NCBI GenBank assembly: GCA_001695645.1
Contig: LVZN01000012.1
Span: 150,001 to 182,000 of the forward strand
Origin: Erysipelotrichaceae bacterium MTC7
GTDB taxonomy: Bacteria > Bacillota_I > Bacilli_A > Erysipelotrichales > Erysipelotrichaceae
Direction of reading: 5' to 3'
DNA length: 32,000 nucleotides
In this document: piece after piece, positions 7,876 to 16,876 of the stretch
Numbering within the stretch: the first letter of the stretch is position 1
Layout of the letters: each line of letters starts with the position of its first letter
Translations under genes and position numbers: made by a program
Notes under the pieces: generated by a model
What the model was told of the DNA's origin: nothing
The model's database searches: none
Seen by the model: only the letters and a program-made list of their open reading frames with translations

Positions 7876-10266
7876 ATGTTAATAAGTAGAAAATGGCTAA
7901 GCCAATATATGGATATCAGTGGATACACCATTGAACAATTGGCGGATAAAATAACTGCTGCAGGATTAGAAGTCGAAGGAATTGAAGTCCTAGCAAGTGG
8001 AACGAATCTAGTAATTGGTGAAGTTTTAACATGCAAACCACACCCAGATAGTGATCATCTATCAATCACCGAAGTTGATGTGAAAGATGAAGTGCTACAA
8101 ATTGTCTGTGGAGCACCTAATGTCCGTGCTGGTTTAAAAGTTATTGTGGCTAAAGTTGGAGCGAAACTACCAGAACTAGAAATTAAAAAGGGAAGCATTC
8201 GCGGTGTTGAAAGTAATGGTATGCTTTGTAGCTTACTTGAACTTGGTGTAGATGCTAAAAGTTTAACTGACGAACAAAAAGCAGGGATTGAAGAACTAGA
8301 TGCTGATGCAATCGTAGGTGAAAGTGATGTTCTTGCCTATTTAGGGCTAGATGATGAAGTCTTAGATATTGGACTTACCCCTAATCGTAACGACTGTTTA
8401 GCTGCCTTTGCAATGGCAAAAGAAACTGGTGCAATCTTAGATACTCCAGTGATGTTACCTTCGTATGAAGGAGCAGCAAACGGTGGAGATGCTTCAAAAC
8501 TTGTTGTGAAAAGTGAAACTGAAAAATGTCCATTGTATTCAGGGAAAATTATCAATCAGCTCACAATCAAAGAAAGTCCAAAGTGGATGCAAGAATTATT
8601 GCACTCAAGTGGAATCAAATCAATCAACAACGTCGTCGATATTTCGAACTTGGTGATGTTAGAAACAGGACAACCATTACACTTCTTTGATTTGTCGAAA
8701 TTAGAGAAACAAGAAATCGTTGTAAAAGATGGTTTACATGAAACCTATACTGCACTAGATGGAAATACATACCAACTAGAACCAGAAGATATTGTGATTA
8801 CCATCAATGACAAACCAGTTGCAATTGGTGGAGTCATGGGTGGAGATGATTCAAAAATCGATGATGATACAACCGCAATCTTAATTGAAACTGCTAGTTT
8901 TAATCACGTAAGTATTCGTAATACAGCACGTCGTTTAAACTTAAATACAGATGCAAGTATTCGTTACCAAAAAGGGATTGAACCACTTGCTCCATATAAA
9001 GCAATGGATCGAGCTGTGCAATTACTTATGGAATACGCTGATGCTACAGGCATTGAAGAAACAAAGTATTCAGCAGATATCGCATATGAAGATACTGCGT
9101 TTGATGTTAACTTACAAGCTATCAATGCACTTTTAGGATTGGAAATTTCTGAGCAAAAGGCAATTGATGTATTGACTCGTTTGGACTTCAATCCAACAAA
9201 ACGTAAAGGTAACATTCATGTTGTGATCCCAAGCTATCGTACAGATATTAAAATTGAAGCAGATATTGCTGAAGAACTTGTTCGTCTGATTGGATTTGAT
9301 GATTTACCATCAACGCTTCCTTTAATGCCTGAAACAGAAGGGAAGTTAAATAAACGCCAACAACTTCGTCGTTTATTACGCAATACGCTTTGTGCGCAAG
9401 GACTTCAAGAAGTCGTAACGTATACTTTGGTTAGTGACGAACTAAACAATGATGCCATTATGCCACAAGCATCTAATGTTGCAGTTGCTTCACCGATGAG
9501 CGAGGATCGAAAAATTATCCGTGGTAGTATTTTACCAAGTATGCTAAGTTGCATTGCGTACAACAAAGCACGTAGTGTTAAACATGTGGCATTCTTTGAA
9601 ATATCAGAGGTGTACTCTAACGAAGACAGTGAAGAGCGACTGGCACTTGCCATCCAAGGTGATTTACAACAAAATCGTCATTTACATTATGAAATCAAAC
9701 CCGATTTCTATACAATGAAAGGTTTAGTTGAAGCATTGTTAGAAAAACTTGGATACAATGCAAGCCGAGTCATGATTAAAGAAAATGATGTAGATACAAC
9801 ACATTTCCACCCATACCAAAGTGCAGCAGTGTACATTGGTCGTGACTTATTAGGTATTATTGGAGTTATTCATCCAAATATGGCTAAAGCATACGGTGTG
9901 GATACAACGGTGATGGCAGAACTTAAACTTGAAGTCATTTTAAAAAATAAAACAAGTAAAGTGAAGTTTGAAGCGATTTCAAAATATCCACATGTAGTTC
10001 GTGACTTAGCGTTTGTAGTTGATGTTAAAACACCTGCTGGAGAAATTATCAAAGCAATTAAAACGACAGGTAAAAATGTCATTCAAGATATTGAAGTCTT
10101 TGATGACTACCGTGGAGAACATGTAGAAGAAGGTAAGAAATCATTAGCGATTTCGATTACATACCAAGCAAAAGATCATACGTTAACGGATGAAGAAATC
10201 ACAAACTTGTACAATGGTGCGAAGGATATTGTGAATAAAAAGTTCGATGCAGATTTAAGAGGATAA
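7876..10266 (+). CDS. pheT: phenylalanine--tRNA ligase beta subunit
   Basis: 796 aa. N-terminal tRNA-binding OB domain (GEVLTCKPHPDSDHLSITEVDV), B3/B4 and B5 regions, and a C-terminal FDX-ACB-like domain. The start is 8 nt after the pheS stop with a GGAGGG RBS. Confidence 0.95.
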   Translation: MLISRKWLSQYMDISGYTIEQLADKITAAGLEVEGIEVLASGTNLVIGEVLTCKPHPDSDHLSITEVDVKDEVLQIVCGAPNVRAGLKVIVAKVGAKLPELEIKKGSIRGVESNGMLCSLLELGVDAKSLTDEQKAGIEELDADAIVGESDVLAYLGLDDEVLDIGLTPNRNDCLAAFAMAKETGAILDTPVMLPSYEGAANGGDASKLVVKSETEKCPLYSGKIINQLTIKESPKWMQELLHSSGIKSINNVVDISNLVMLETGQPLHFFDLSKLEKQEIVVKDGLHETYTALDGNTYQLEPEDIVITINDKPVAIGGVMGGDDSKIDDDTTAILIETASFNHVSIRNTARRLNLNTDASIRYQKGIEPLAPYKAMDRAVQLLMEYADATGIEETKYSADIAYEDTAFDVNLQAINALLGLEISEQKAIDVLTRLDFNPTKRKGNIHVVIPSYRTDIKIEADIAEELVRLIGFDDLPSTLPLMPETEGKLNKRQQLRRLLRNTLCAQGLQEVVTYTLVSDELNNDAIMPQASNVAVASPMSEDRKIIRGSILPSMLSCIAYNKARSVKHVAFFEISEVYSNEDSEERLALAIQGDLQQNRHLHYEIKPDFYTMKGLVEALLEKLGYNASRVMIKENDVDTTHFHPYQSAAVYIGRDLLGIIGVIHPNMAKAYGVDTTVMAELKLEVILKNKTSKVKFEAISKYPHVVRDLAFVVDVKTPAGEIIKAIKTTGKNVIQDIEVFDDYRGEHVEEGKKSLAISITYQAKDHTLTDEEITNLYNGAKDIVNKKFDADLRG

Positions 10267-10270
10267 ACTT

Positions 10271-10298
10271 AAGGTTGTAGTTAGACTGCAACCTTTTT
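10271..10298 (+). terminator. rho-independent terminator of pheST
   Basis: AAGGTTG / CAACCTT stem followed by a T-run. Confidence 0.6.
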
Positions 10299-10333
10299 AT
10301 AATGGAGTTAGGATCATATAGGAGGAGGCACTT

Positions 10334-10618
10334 ATGAAATTTGCATATTTAATTTTGGGACCGTTTCAAAGTGATGTGGATCACGCATCCATCCACAATG
10401 AAACAGCACAAATCATTGGGGTAAGAACCATAGAAGAAGCTTGCACAGTTGCAAAACGTCTACAAGACGAAGGAATTAGTTGTATTGAATTGTGTGGTGC
10501 ATTTACCAAAACAGGAGCTAGAGAAGTTATTCATGCCACAAATGGTGAAATACCTGTTGGTTATGTTGTACATGACGAAGATCAAAACGAAATCTATAAT
10601 AAAGTCTTTTCAAGATAA
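10334..10618 (+). CDS. small conserved hypothetical protein (94 aa)
   Basis: Strong GGAGGAGG RBS. The ELCGAF motif looks like a small alpha/beta domain. No function recognised. Confidence 0.5.
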   Translation: MKFAYLILGPFQSDVDHASIHNETAQIIGVRTIEEACTVAKRLQDEGISCIELCGAFTKTGAREVIHATNGEIPVGYVVHDEDQNEIYNKVFSR

Positions 10619-10689
10619 GTGATTTGATTTCTTTCTAGTATCCCGTAGCGTAGAATGCTATAATTATAAAAATTATTGGGGGATACAAT

Positions 10690-11868
10690 ATGAAATACGC
10701 AAAACGAATGAGTCAAGTAAAAGCATCAGAGATACGCGAAATACTTAAAATAACAGAAAACCCAGAAGTAATTTCATTTGCAGGTGGACTTCCTGCACCT
10801 GAACTTTTTCCAATTGAGGAAATTAAGAAAATCAATGAAATTGTTTTAGCAGAAGATGGACAAAAAGCTTTACAGTATACTACAACAGAAGGGTATCACC
10901 CTTTACGTATATGGATTGCAAAGCGAATGAATCACCGACTACAAACACAGTTTGATGCTGATCAAGTTCTTATTACACATGGTTCACAACAAGCACTTGA
11001 TCTAAGTGGTAAAGTATTTTTAGATGAAGGTGATTATGTGGTTTGCGAAAGTCCAACCTATTTAGCTGCAATTAGCGCATTTAAAATGTATGGAGCTAAA
11101 TTTATTGAGATACCTTGTGATGATACAGGCATGGATATGGATGCTTTAGAAGCACAATTAGAGCAAAATCAAAGGATTAAATGCATGTACGTGATTCCAG
11201 ATTTTCAAAATCCAACTGGAAGAACTTGGAGTTTAGCAAAACGTAAACGAATTGCTGAACTATCTAATATGTATGATGTTCCAATTATTGAAGATAACCC
11301 ATATGGAGAATTGCGTTTTGAAGGTGAACATTTACCAGCAATTGCCTCGTTTGATAAAAAGGGAACATGCATTGTGACAGGAACGTTTTCAAAGACGTAC
11401 TGCCCAGGGTATCGCATTGGTTGGGTAGCAGCAAACAGTGATTTGATTAAGCAGTATGTCCTTGTAAAACAAGGTTCTGATTTGCAGTGTAATACGATGT
11501 CTCAATTAGCGATTGCCAAATTTGTCGAGTTATACGACCTTGATGCACACATTCAAACGATTACGAAAGTATATAAAAAACGTCGTGATTTAGCTGTGCA
11601 AACAATGCATCAAGCATTTCCAAAGAATGTGCATTTTACAGAACCTGAAGGCGGATTGTTTGCGTGGGTAGAATTACCTGAGCAAATACATGCAAGGGAA
11701 GTGTTAGAAGTCGCTTTGAAAGAAAACATTGCGTTTGTTCCTGGTGGGTCATTCTTTCCAAATGGTGGACATGAAAATACATTTCGAATCAATTTTTCTA
11801 ATATGAGTGAAGAGCGAATTGTTGAGGGACTTACGAAACTTGGATCTATTTTGTATCGATTTATTTAA
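10690..11868 (+). CDS. PLP-dependent aminotransferase, fold type I (2-aminoadipate/aromatic aminotransferase-like)
   Basis: N-terminus SEIREILKITENPEVISFAGGLPAPELFP is typical of the AadAT/MocR-type aminotransferase domain. PLP-lysine region is TFSKTYCPGYRIGW. GGGGG RBS. Confidence 0.8.
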   Translation: MKYAKRMSQVKASEIREILKITENPEVISFAGGLPAPELFPIEEIKKINEIVLAEDGQKALQYTTTEGYHPLRIWIAKRMNHRLQTQFDADQVLITHGSQQALDLSGKVFLDEGDYVVCESPTYLAAISAFKMYGAKFIEIPCDDTGMDMDALEAQLEQNQRIKCMYVIPDFQNPTGRTWSLAKRKRIAELSNMYDVPIIEDNPYGELRFEGEHLPAIASFDKKGTCIVTGTFSKTYCPGYRIGWVAANSDLIKQYVLVKQGSDLQCNTMSQLAIAKFVELYDLDAHIQTITKVYKKRRDLAVQTMHQAFPKNVHFTEPEGGLFAWVELPEQIHAREVLEVALKENIAFVPGGSFFPNGGHENTFRINFSNMSEERIVEGLTKLGSILYRFI

Positions 11869-11954
11869 TAGAAGAATGATTTCTTTATTTTTATAGACTG
11901 TGATTTTGAAACCGTTGTAGATTACTGTGTACAACAACGATTTCAATTTCCAAT

Positions 11955-11989
11955 AAAAAAACATCGAGTTTAAATCTCGGTGTTTTTTT
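11955..11989. terminator. bidirectional rho-independent terminator shared by convergent genes
   Basis: A7 - CATCGAG / CTCGGTG hairpin - T7. The hairpin includes the stop and last codons of the minus-strand phosphatase gene. Confidence 0.65.
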
Positions 11990-12437
11990 CTTCTTTCAGT
12001 TTTTGTAACAATGCTTTACAACCAATATTGACATCTGTGTAGGTTGTTTCATAGTCACCAGTGTACCATGGGTCTGCAATACTACGTTTCAATGGAGTGA
12101 TATCCAATAGCTTAAAAACACGATTATCTTGTAGGTTTAGCATACGTTTCGTGTTTTTCACATTTGCATCATCCATACAGACAAAATAGTCGTAAACTTG
12201 TACATCAGAAGCCATTAGTCGTGTTGCTTGATGTCTAGCAAAGGGGATTTCTTTGGCTTTTAAGATGCGTTTGGTACCAGGATGCATATCATTACCAATT
12301 TCTTCACTACTGGTTGCTCTTGAAACAATGGTATAGCCGTCCAATCCAGCTTTTTTTACCATTTCTTTAAATACGTATTCTGCCATTGGTGAACGACAAA
12401 TATTTCCATGGCACACAAAACAAATGTTCTTCTTCAT
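11970..12437 (-). CDS. low-molecular-weight protein-tyrosine phosphatase
   Basis: P-loop CHGNICRSPMAE (CX5R-S) and a C-terminal DPWY(TGD) acid loop. The second ATG (12437) is preferred because the first ATG is part of the GAAGGAG RBS. Confidence 0.85.
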   Translation of the reverse strand: MKKNICFVCHGNICRSPMAEYVFKEMVKKAGLDGYTIVSRATSSEEIGNDMHPGTKRILKAKEIPFARHQATRLMASDVQVYDYFVCMDDANVKNTKRMLNLQDNRVFKLLDITPLKRSIADPWYTGDYETTYTDVNIGCKALLQKLKEEKNTEI

Positions 12438-12459
12438 AACAAACTCCTTCATCCATTAC

Positions 12460-12468
12460 ATTTTATCA
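12460..12468 (-). promoter_or_regulatory. extended -10 promoter (TGaTAAAAT on the minus strand) for the phosphatase gene
   Basis: The reverse complement of 12460-12468 is TGATAAAAT, about 20 nt upstream of the RBS. Confidence 0.35.
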
Positions 12469-12543
12469 TGAAATGAACGAAATAAATGCTTACTATCCAT
12501 ACATTTTTGCATTTGTTATAATGTTGATAGAAGCCTATGTAAT

Positions 12544-12567
12544 TTTGTCACTCAAGCGTGTGACAAA
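12544..12567 (+). promoter_or_regulatory. perfect 8-bp inverted repeat, candidate MtlR operator
   Basis: TTTGTCAC-tcaagcgt-GTGACAAA. The right half TGTGACAA and left half TTGTCAC resemble the TTGNCAC/GTGNCAA half-sites I recall for Bacillus MtlR. It ends 17 nt upstream of the putative -35. Confidence 0.5.
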
Positions 12568-12583
12568 GATGATTTTCGTTTTA

Positions 12584-12612
12584 TTGCTAGTTGGCTAAGC
12601 CTCTTTTACAAT
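12584..12612 (+). promoter_or_regulatory. candidate promoter of the PTS operon
   Basis: TTGCTA (12584-12589), a 17-nt spacer, then TACAAT (12607-12612), about 45 nt upstream of the mtlA ATG. Confidence 0.45.
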
Positions 12613-12655
12613 GAAGGTGTCAAAGGAAGTCTTAGACAGAAAAGAGGAGATTTGT

Positions 12656-14044
12656 ATGAAAGAAGGAATTCAAAAGTTTGGTCGCTTTCTAAGTGGAATG
12701 GTGATGCCAAACATTGCCGCATTTATCGCTTGGGGAATCATTACTGCTTTATTCATTGAAACCGGTTGGTTACCAAATGCAAAATTTGCTGGTTTGGTAG
12801 GTCCGATGTTGACGTACTTGTTGCCAATATTGATTGGATATACAGGTGGACATATGATCTACAAACAACGTGGTGGAGTGGTCGCTGCTATTGCATCATT
12901 AGGGGTTATCGGTGGAGGTCTAAACCTGCTAGGTGAAGGTCAAAACGTGACCATGTTCTTAGGGGTTATGATCATTGCTCCAATTGCGGGATACCTAACT
13001 AAGAAAATGGATGAAATGTTAGATGGACATGTTAAAGGTGGATTTGAGATGTTGGTTAACAACTTCTCAGCTGGTATTCTTGGATTCATTTTAGCACTAA
13101 TCGGAATGGTTGTGATTGGTCCAGTAAGTTTAGCCATCAATGATTTTTTAGGAGCTGCGGTTGATGTATTGGTTGAAAATAATATGTTGCCACTTACATC
13201 AATTTTTGTTGAACCTGCAAAAGTACTGTTCTTAAACAATGCGATTAACCATGGTATTTTCACACCAATGGGAGCAGAGCAAGTTTTAGAAACAGGAAAA
13301 TCAATCTTCTATTTAATTGAAGCGAATCCTGGTCCAGGTTTAGGATTGTTACTTGCATATACGGTGTTTGGAAAAGGTATGGCAAAAGCAAGTGCACCTG
13401 GTGCAGCGATTATTCACTTCTTTGGTGGGATTCATGAAATTTACTTCCCATACGTAATGATGAACCCATTAACAATCATTGCTATGATTGCCGGGGGAGC
13501 AAGTGGTGTTTTCATCAATGTGTTATTCAATAGTGGATTAACAGGTCCAGCCAGCCCAGGAAGTATTATTGCAATTATGGGAATGGCAGAAAAGGGAAGT
13601 TTCTTAGGTGTTGCATTAAGTGTTGTGATTAGTTGTATCGTAACCTTTGTTGTTGGTGCTTTTATCTTAAAATTAACAAATGGAAAAGATGTAGACTTAG
13701 AAGATGCACAAGCACAAGTTGACGAACGTAAAGCTGAGGCAAAAGGAATCCAACAAGCTTCAACAACAATTACGAAAGTTGTCTTTGCATGTGATGCCGG
13801 AATGGGGTCAAGTGCAATGGGAGCTACTACACTCACAAAGAAACTAAAAGATGCAGGCATAGATTTGAAAGTAGAACACTATGCGATTGAAGAAATTCCT
13901 AAGGATGCACAAATCATTGTAACGCACCAAAGTTTAGCAGATCGTGTACGTTCGACTGTACCAACTGCAACTGTAATGGAAATTACAAACTTTATGGGTG
14001 GAACTGAATACGATCGCATCGTTGAAGAAATTGCAAAACGCTAG
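12656..14044 (+). CDS. mtlA: PTS mannitol-family transporter, EIICB component
   Basis: N-terminus KFGRFLSGMVMPNIAAFIAWGIITALF is the MtlA signature. It is a multi-TM EIIC with a C-terminal EIIB domain carrying the phospho-Cys motif FACDAGMGSSAMG. ATG 12656 has a GAGGAG RBS; the ORF-track ATG at 12611 lies in the -10. Confidence 0.9.
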   Translation: MKEGIQKFGRFLSGMVMPNIAAFIAWGIITALFIETGWLPNAKFAGLVGPMLTYLLPILIGYTGGHMIYKQRGGVVAAIASLGVIGGGLNLLGEGQNVTMFLGVMIIAPIAGYLTKKMDEMLDGHVKGGFEMLVNNFSAGILGFILALIGMVVIGPVSLAINDFLGAAVDVLVENNMLPLTSIFVEPAKVLFLNNAINHGIFTPMGAEQVLETGKSIFYLIEANPGPGLGLLLAYTVFGKGMAKASAPGAAIIHFFGGIHEIYFPYVMMNPLTIIAMIAGGASGVFINVLFNSGLTGPASPGSIIAIMGMAEKGSFLGVALSVVISCIVTFVVGAFILKLTNGKDVDLEDAQAQVDERKAEAKGIQQASTTITKVVFACDAGMGSSAMGATTLTKKLKDAGIDLKVEHYAIEEIPKDAQIIVTHQSLADRVRSTVPTATVMEITNFMGGTEYDRIVEEIAKR

Positions 14045-14070
14045 TCAAAAATAAAGAAAGGGGAAAGTTT

Positions 14071-16161
14071 ATGATTGTATCACCAAGGTTAAGTAAAATA
14101 TTACAAATCTGCTTAGAACAAAAAGCGGATGACTTTGTGAGCATGGATGAACTTTCTACCTTACTACAAATTAGTAAGCGAACACTGTTTCGTGAAATAC
14201 AAGATATTGATTTTGTCCTTGAACCCTTTCAATTACAACTTGTTTCTAAAACAGGAATGGGTTTGCAGGTTCATGGTGACAAAATACATAAAGATGCCTT
14301 ATACCAAGAATTACAAAGCCAAAAGCATCGATATTTAATTAAAGAAGATCGTAGAAAACTATTAATCCTTGAAATATTGCGAACGGATGAAGTCCAAAAA
14401 CTATATTACTATGCAGATTTATTTCAAGTTTCACAAGCAACGATACGCAACGATTTGGACTGTGTGGAACCATGGTTTGATAACCATCAATTACACATCA
14501 ATCGTACACCAGGATTGGGTATTGAATTGCTTGGAGATGAAGTGAGTTATCGTCAGGCGATGACCGCGATTTTAAATGAATCACTAGCAAGTCGACAAGA
14601 TACACATATTGATATGTACAACTCACAAAGCTTGTTAGATGAAGTCTTCACAAGTGATGAAGGAATCTTTAATTTGTTGAATCAGGACATCTTAAAAGAG
14701 GTATTAGAAATCTTTGATCATCATGGTAAAGAATTAGGATTGTTGCAATATGCACAAAGTTCTTACATTGGTCTACTTATTCATTTAGTCATTGCTATTG
14801 ATCGAATTCAAAAGCATGAAGAGATTAAGGAAAATGAGTATGTTGTAGAAATGATGATTGAGGATATATCCTACCAACAAGCAACAAAATTGAAAACGAT
14901 AATTGATGAGAGATTTGCGATTGTCATGCCAGAAACCGAGATTGCATTTATTGCTATGCATATGAAAGCTGCAAAACTAACCACGAGACAGGCTAGCGAA
15001 CCCAGTGAATTACTTGAACTGTATAGTGAAGATGAAATATTAGCATTCATCGATCAAATGATTGCAACATTACCAGAGCCGTATGATGTGTTACTAAAAA
15101 ATGATGATGAGTTAATGATGGGAATGATTGCACATTTGCGTCCTACTTTAATTCGATTGAAACATAACATGCCAATCTACAATCCTTTATTGGAAGAAGT
15201 AAAAGCACAATATGGAACAATGTTTGACTACGCCAAACAAGCAAGTCAAGTGTTAGAGCATACTTATAATTATCGTTTACCAGAAGGTGAAATTGCCTAC
15301 ATCGCCATGCATCTAGGTGCAGCAATCGAGCGTAGCAAACGAACAAAACCAATGAATAAACACATTTGTGTAGGAATTGTTTGTGCTTCTGGAATTGGTG
15401 TATCGGCATTATTGCAAGCAAAACTGTCAAAAATTGTCGATAGTCATGTGCATTTAGAAACATTGAGTTTGGATCAAGTGCACCAACAAAACCATATGTG
15501 TGATCTATTGGTGAGCACGATCGCTTTACCAAATGAAGTGCAAGCAATCACCATCAACCCTTTGTTGCCATTGGATGATGAAAATCGGGTAAAAGATGCG
15601 ATTAGTAAAACAAGAGTCACGACTCGTTATAAAAGTCAGATGCGTAAAAATCAAAGTTCTGTTGATCAACTTGCTAATACCGTACTTGATGTCTTAGAAA
15701 ACTTCTCGATTGAAACCTTGGACTATCGCTCCAATAAAGAGGATGTGATGAAAGCATGTGCCAGTATGGTAAGTCAACGTGCCGATCACCAAGAAGAACT
15801 AGTTCTTGCATTAAAAAAACGAGAAGCGTTAAACACAACTGTATTTTCTGATTTGGGTCTTGCCTTGTTTCATGGGCAAGGAGCGTATGTCGAACAAGGT
15901 GTTGTAAAGTTGATACGCCCCAATCACGAAGCATTTATTTGCGAAGAATTATCAAATATCTATTTTGTGTTTGCGATGTTTCTACCAGAAAATAGCAATC
16001 GTGAACAATTGCAAATGCTTAGCATGTTATCACGCAAATTGATCGAAGACGATAATTTCTATCAAGCATGTATGAGTGAACCGCATGCAATCGTTTATCA
16101 GAAGCTTGAAATGCTGTTAAAAGAATACGTTTTCCAAGTGATTGCAGAAGGCAGGAAGTAA
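14071..16161 (+). CDS. mtlR: MtlR-type PRD-containing transcriptional activator
   Basis: 696 aa. N-terminal HTH (LSTLLQISKRTLFREIQDI), two PRD regions, an EIIB(Gat)-like CASGIGVSA motif and a C-terminal EIIA-like domain. Size and position match Bacillus MtlR. Confidence 0.85.
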   Translation: MIVSPRLSKILQICLEQKADDFVSMDELSTLLQISKRTLFREIQDIDFVLEPFQLQLVSKTGMGLQVHGDKIHKDALYQELQSQKHRYLIKEDRRKLLILEILRTDEVQKLYYYADLFQVSQATIRNDLDCVEPWFDNHQLHINRTPGLGIELLGDEVSYRQAMTAILNESLASRQDTHIDMYNSQSLLDEVFTSDEGIFNLLNQDILKEVLEIFDHHGKELGLLQYAQSSYIGLLIHLVIAIDRIQKHEEIKENEYVVEMMIEDISYQQATKLKTIIDERFAIVMPETEIAFIAMHMKAAKLTTRQASEPSELLELYSEDEILAFIDQMIATLPEPYDVLLKNDDELMMGMIAHLRPTLIRLKHNMPIYNPLLEEVKAQYGTMFDYAKQASQVLEHTYNYRLPEGEIAYIAMHLGAAIERSKRTKPMNKHICVGIVCASGIGVSALLQAKLSKIVDSHVHLETLSLDQVHQQNHMCDLLVSTIALPNEVQAITINPLLPLDDENRVKDAISKTRVTTRYKSQMRKNQSSVDQLANTVLDVLENFSIETLDYRSNKEDVMKACASMVSQRADHQEELVLALKKREALNTTVFSDLGLALFHGQGAYVEQGVVKLIRPNHEAFICEELSNIYFVFAMFLPENSNREQLQMLSMLSRKLIEDDNFYQACMSEPHAIVYQKLEMLLKEYVFQVIAEGRK

Positions 16162-16162
16162 C

Positions 16163-16876
16163 ATGAAACAATTGAAAGTATATGTCGTTTGTGATGCAGG
16201 TATGGGTTCAAGTGCCTTAGGTGCATCACTCATTCAAAAGAAATTAAAAGAACAAGAAGTAGCTATCAACATAAATAATTGTAGTGTTGCAGAAGTACCA
16301 AAAGATGCAGATATTTTAATTACACATCGAATGTTCTATAACCAACTTCAAGAAGCATACAAAGATGCGAAAGTGATAACTTTTATATCATTTACAGAAA
16401 AGAATACCTATGAAAGGATCGTTAAAGAGATTATGGAAGAAAATAAAAAGAATACGATACTCAATAAAGATTGTATCGAAGTAAATTGCAAAAAAGTAGA
16501 ACGTAGACAAGCCATTGATGATATTGGACAAACCTTGTTAGAAGCTGGGTTTATTGAAGAACCATACATTGATGGAATGCACAAACGTGATGAATCGTTA
16601 ACGACCTTCATTGGTAATGATATTGCCATTCCACACGGAGAGTATGAAGTTAAACCCTTTGTGAAACAAACAGGACTTGCTGTTAAAGTATACCCAGAAG
16701 CAATTGATTGGAATGGGAATCCGGTGCGTGTTGTCATTGGTATTGCTGCAAAGGATAGTGACCATCTTGATATTTTAAGTAACATTGCCGTAAAGTTAGG
16801 AGAAATGGATGTTGTGGAAGAACTTGTGAATAGTCATGATGTTGACTTAATCCACCGCACCCTGACAAGAGAATGA
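16163..16876 (+). CDS. PTS mannitol-family EIIB-EIIA fusion protein
   Basis: The N-terminal ~95 aa are a second EIIB (VVCDAGMGSSALGASLIQKKLKE), homologous to the MtlA C-terminus. The C-terminal ~140 aa are EIIA(Mtl) with the phospho-His motif NDIAIPHGE. ATG 16163 has an AGGAAG RBS, 1 nt after the mtlR stop. Confidence 0.85.
   Translation: MKQLKVYVVCDAGMGSSALGASLIQKKLKEQEVAININNCSVAEVPKDADILITHRMFYNQLQEAYKDAKVITFISFTEKNTYERIVKEIMEENKKNTILNKDCIEVNCKKVERRQAIDDIGQTLLEAGFIEEPYIDGMHKRDESLTTFIGNDIAIPHGEYEVKPFVKQTGLAVKVYPEAIDWNGNPVRVVIGIAAKDSDHLDILSNIAVKLGEMDVVEELVNSHDVDLIHRTLTRE

Noticed and set aside
11970-12437. Alternative call as an LMW-PTP-fold arsenate reductase (ArsC)
   Set aside because: It has the DP(W)Y acid loop of true phosphatases, lacks the downstream Cys pair of thioredoxin-coupled ArsC, and has no ars genes nearby.
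12470-12655. cre (CcpA) catabolite-responsive element in the PTS operon control region
   Set aside because: The best candidates (for example TGAAGGTGTCAAAG at about 12612) miss the central CG and several conserved positions of TGWAANCGNTNWCA. No convincing site was found by eye.
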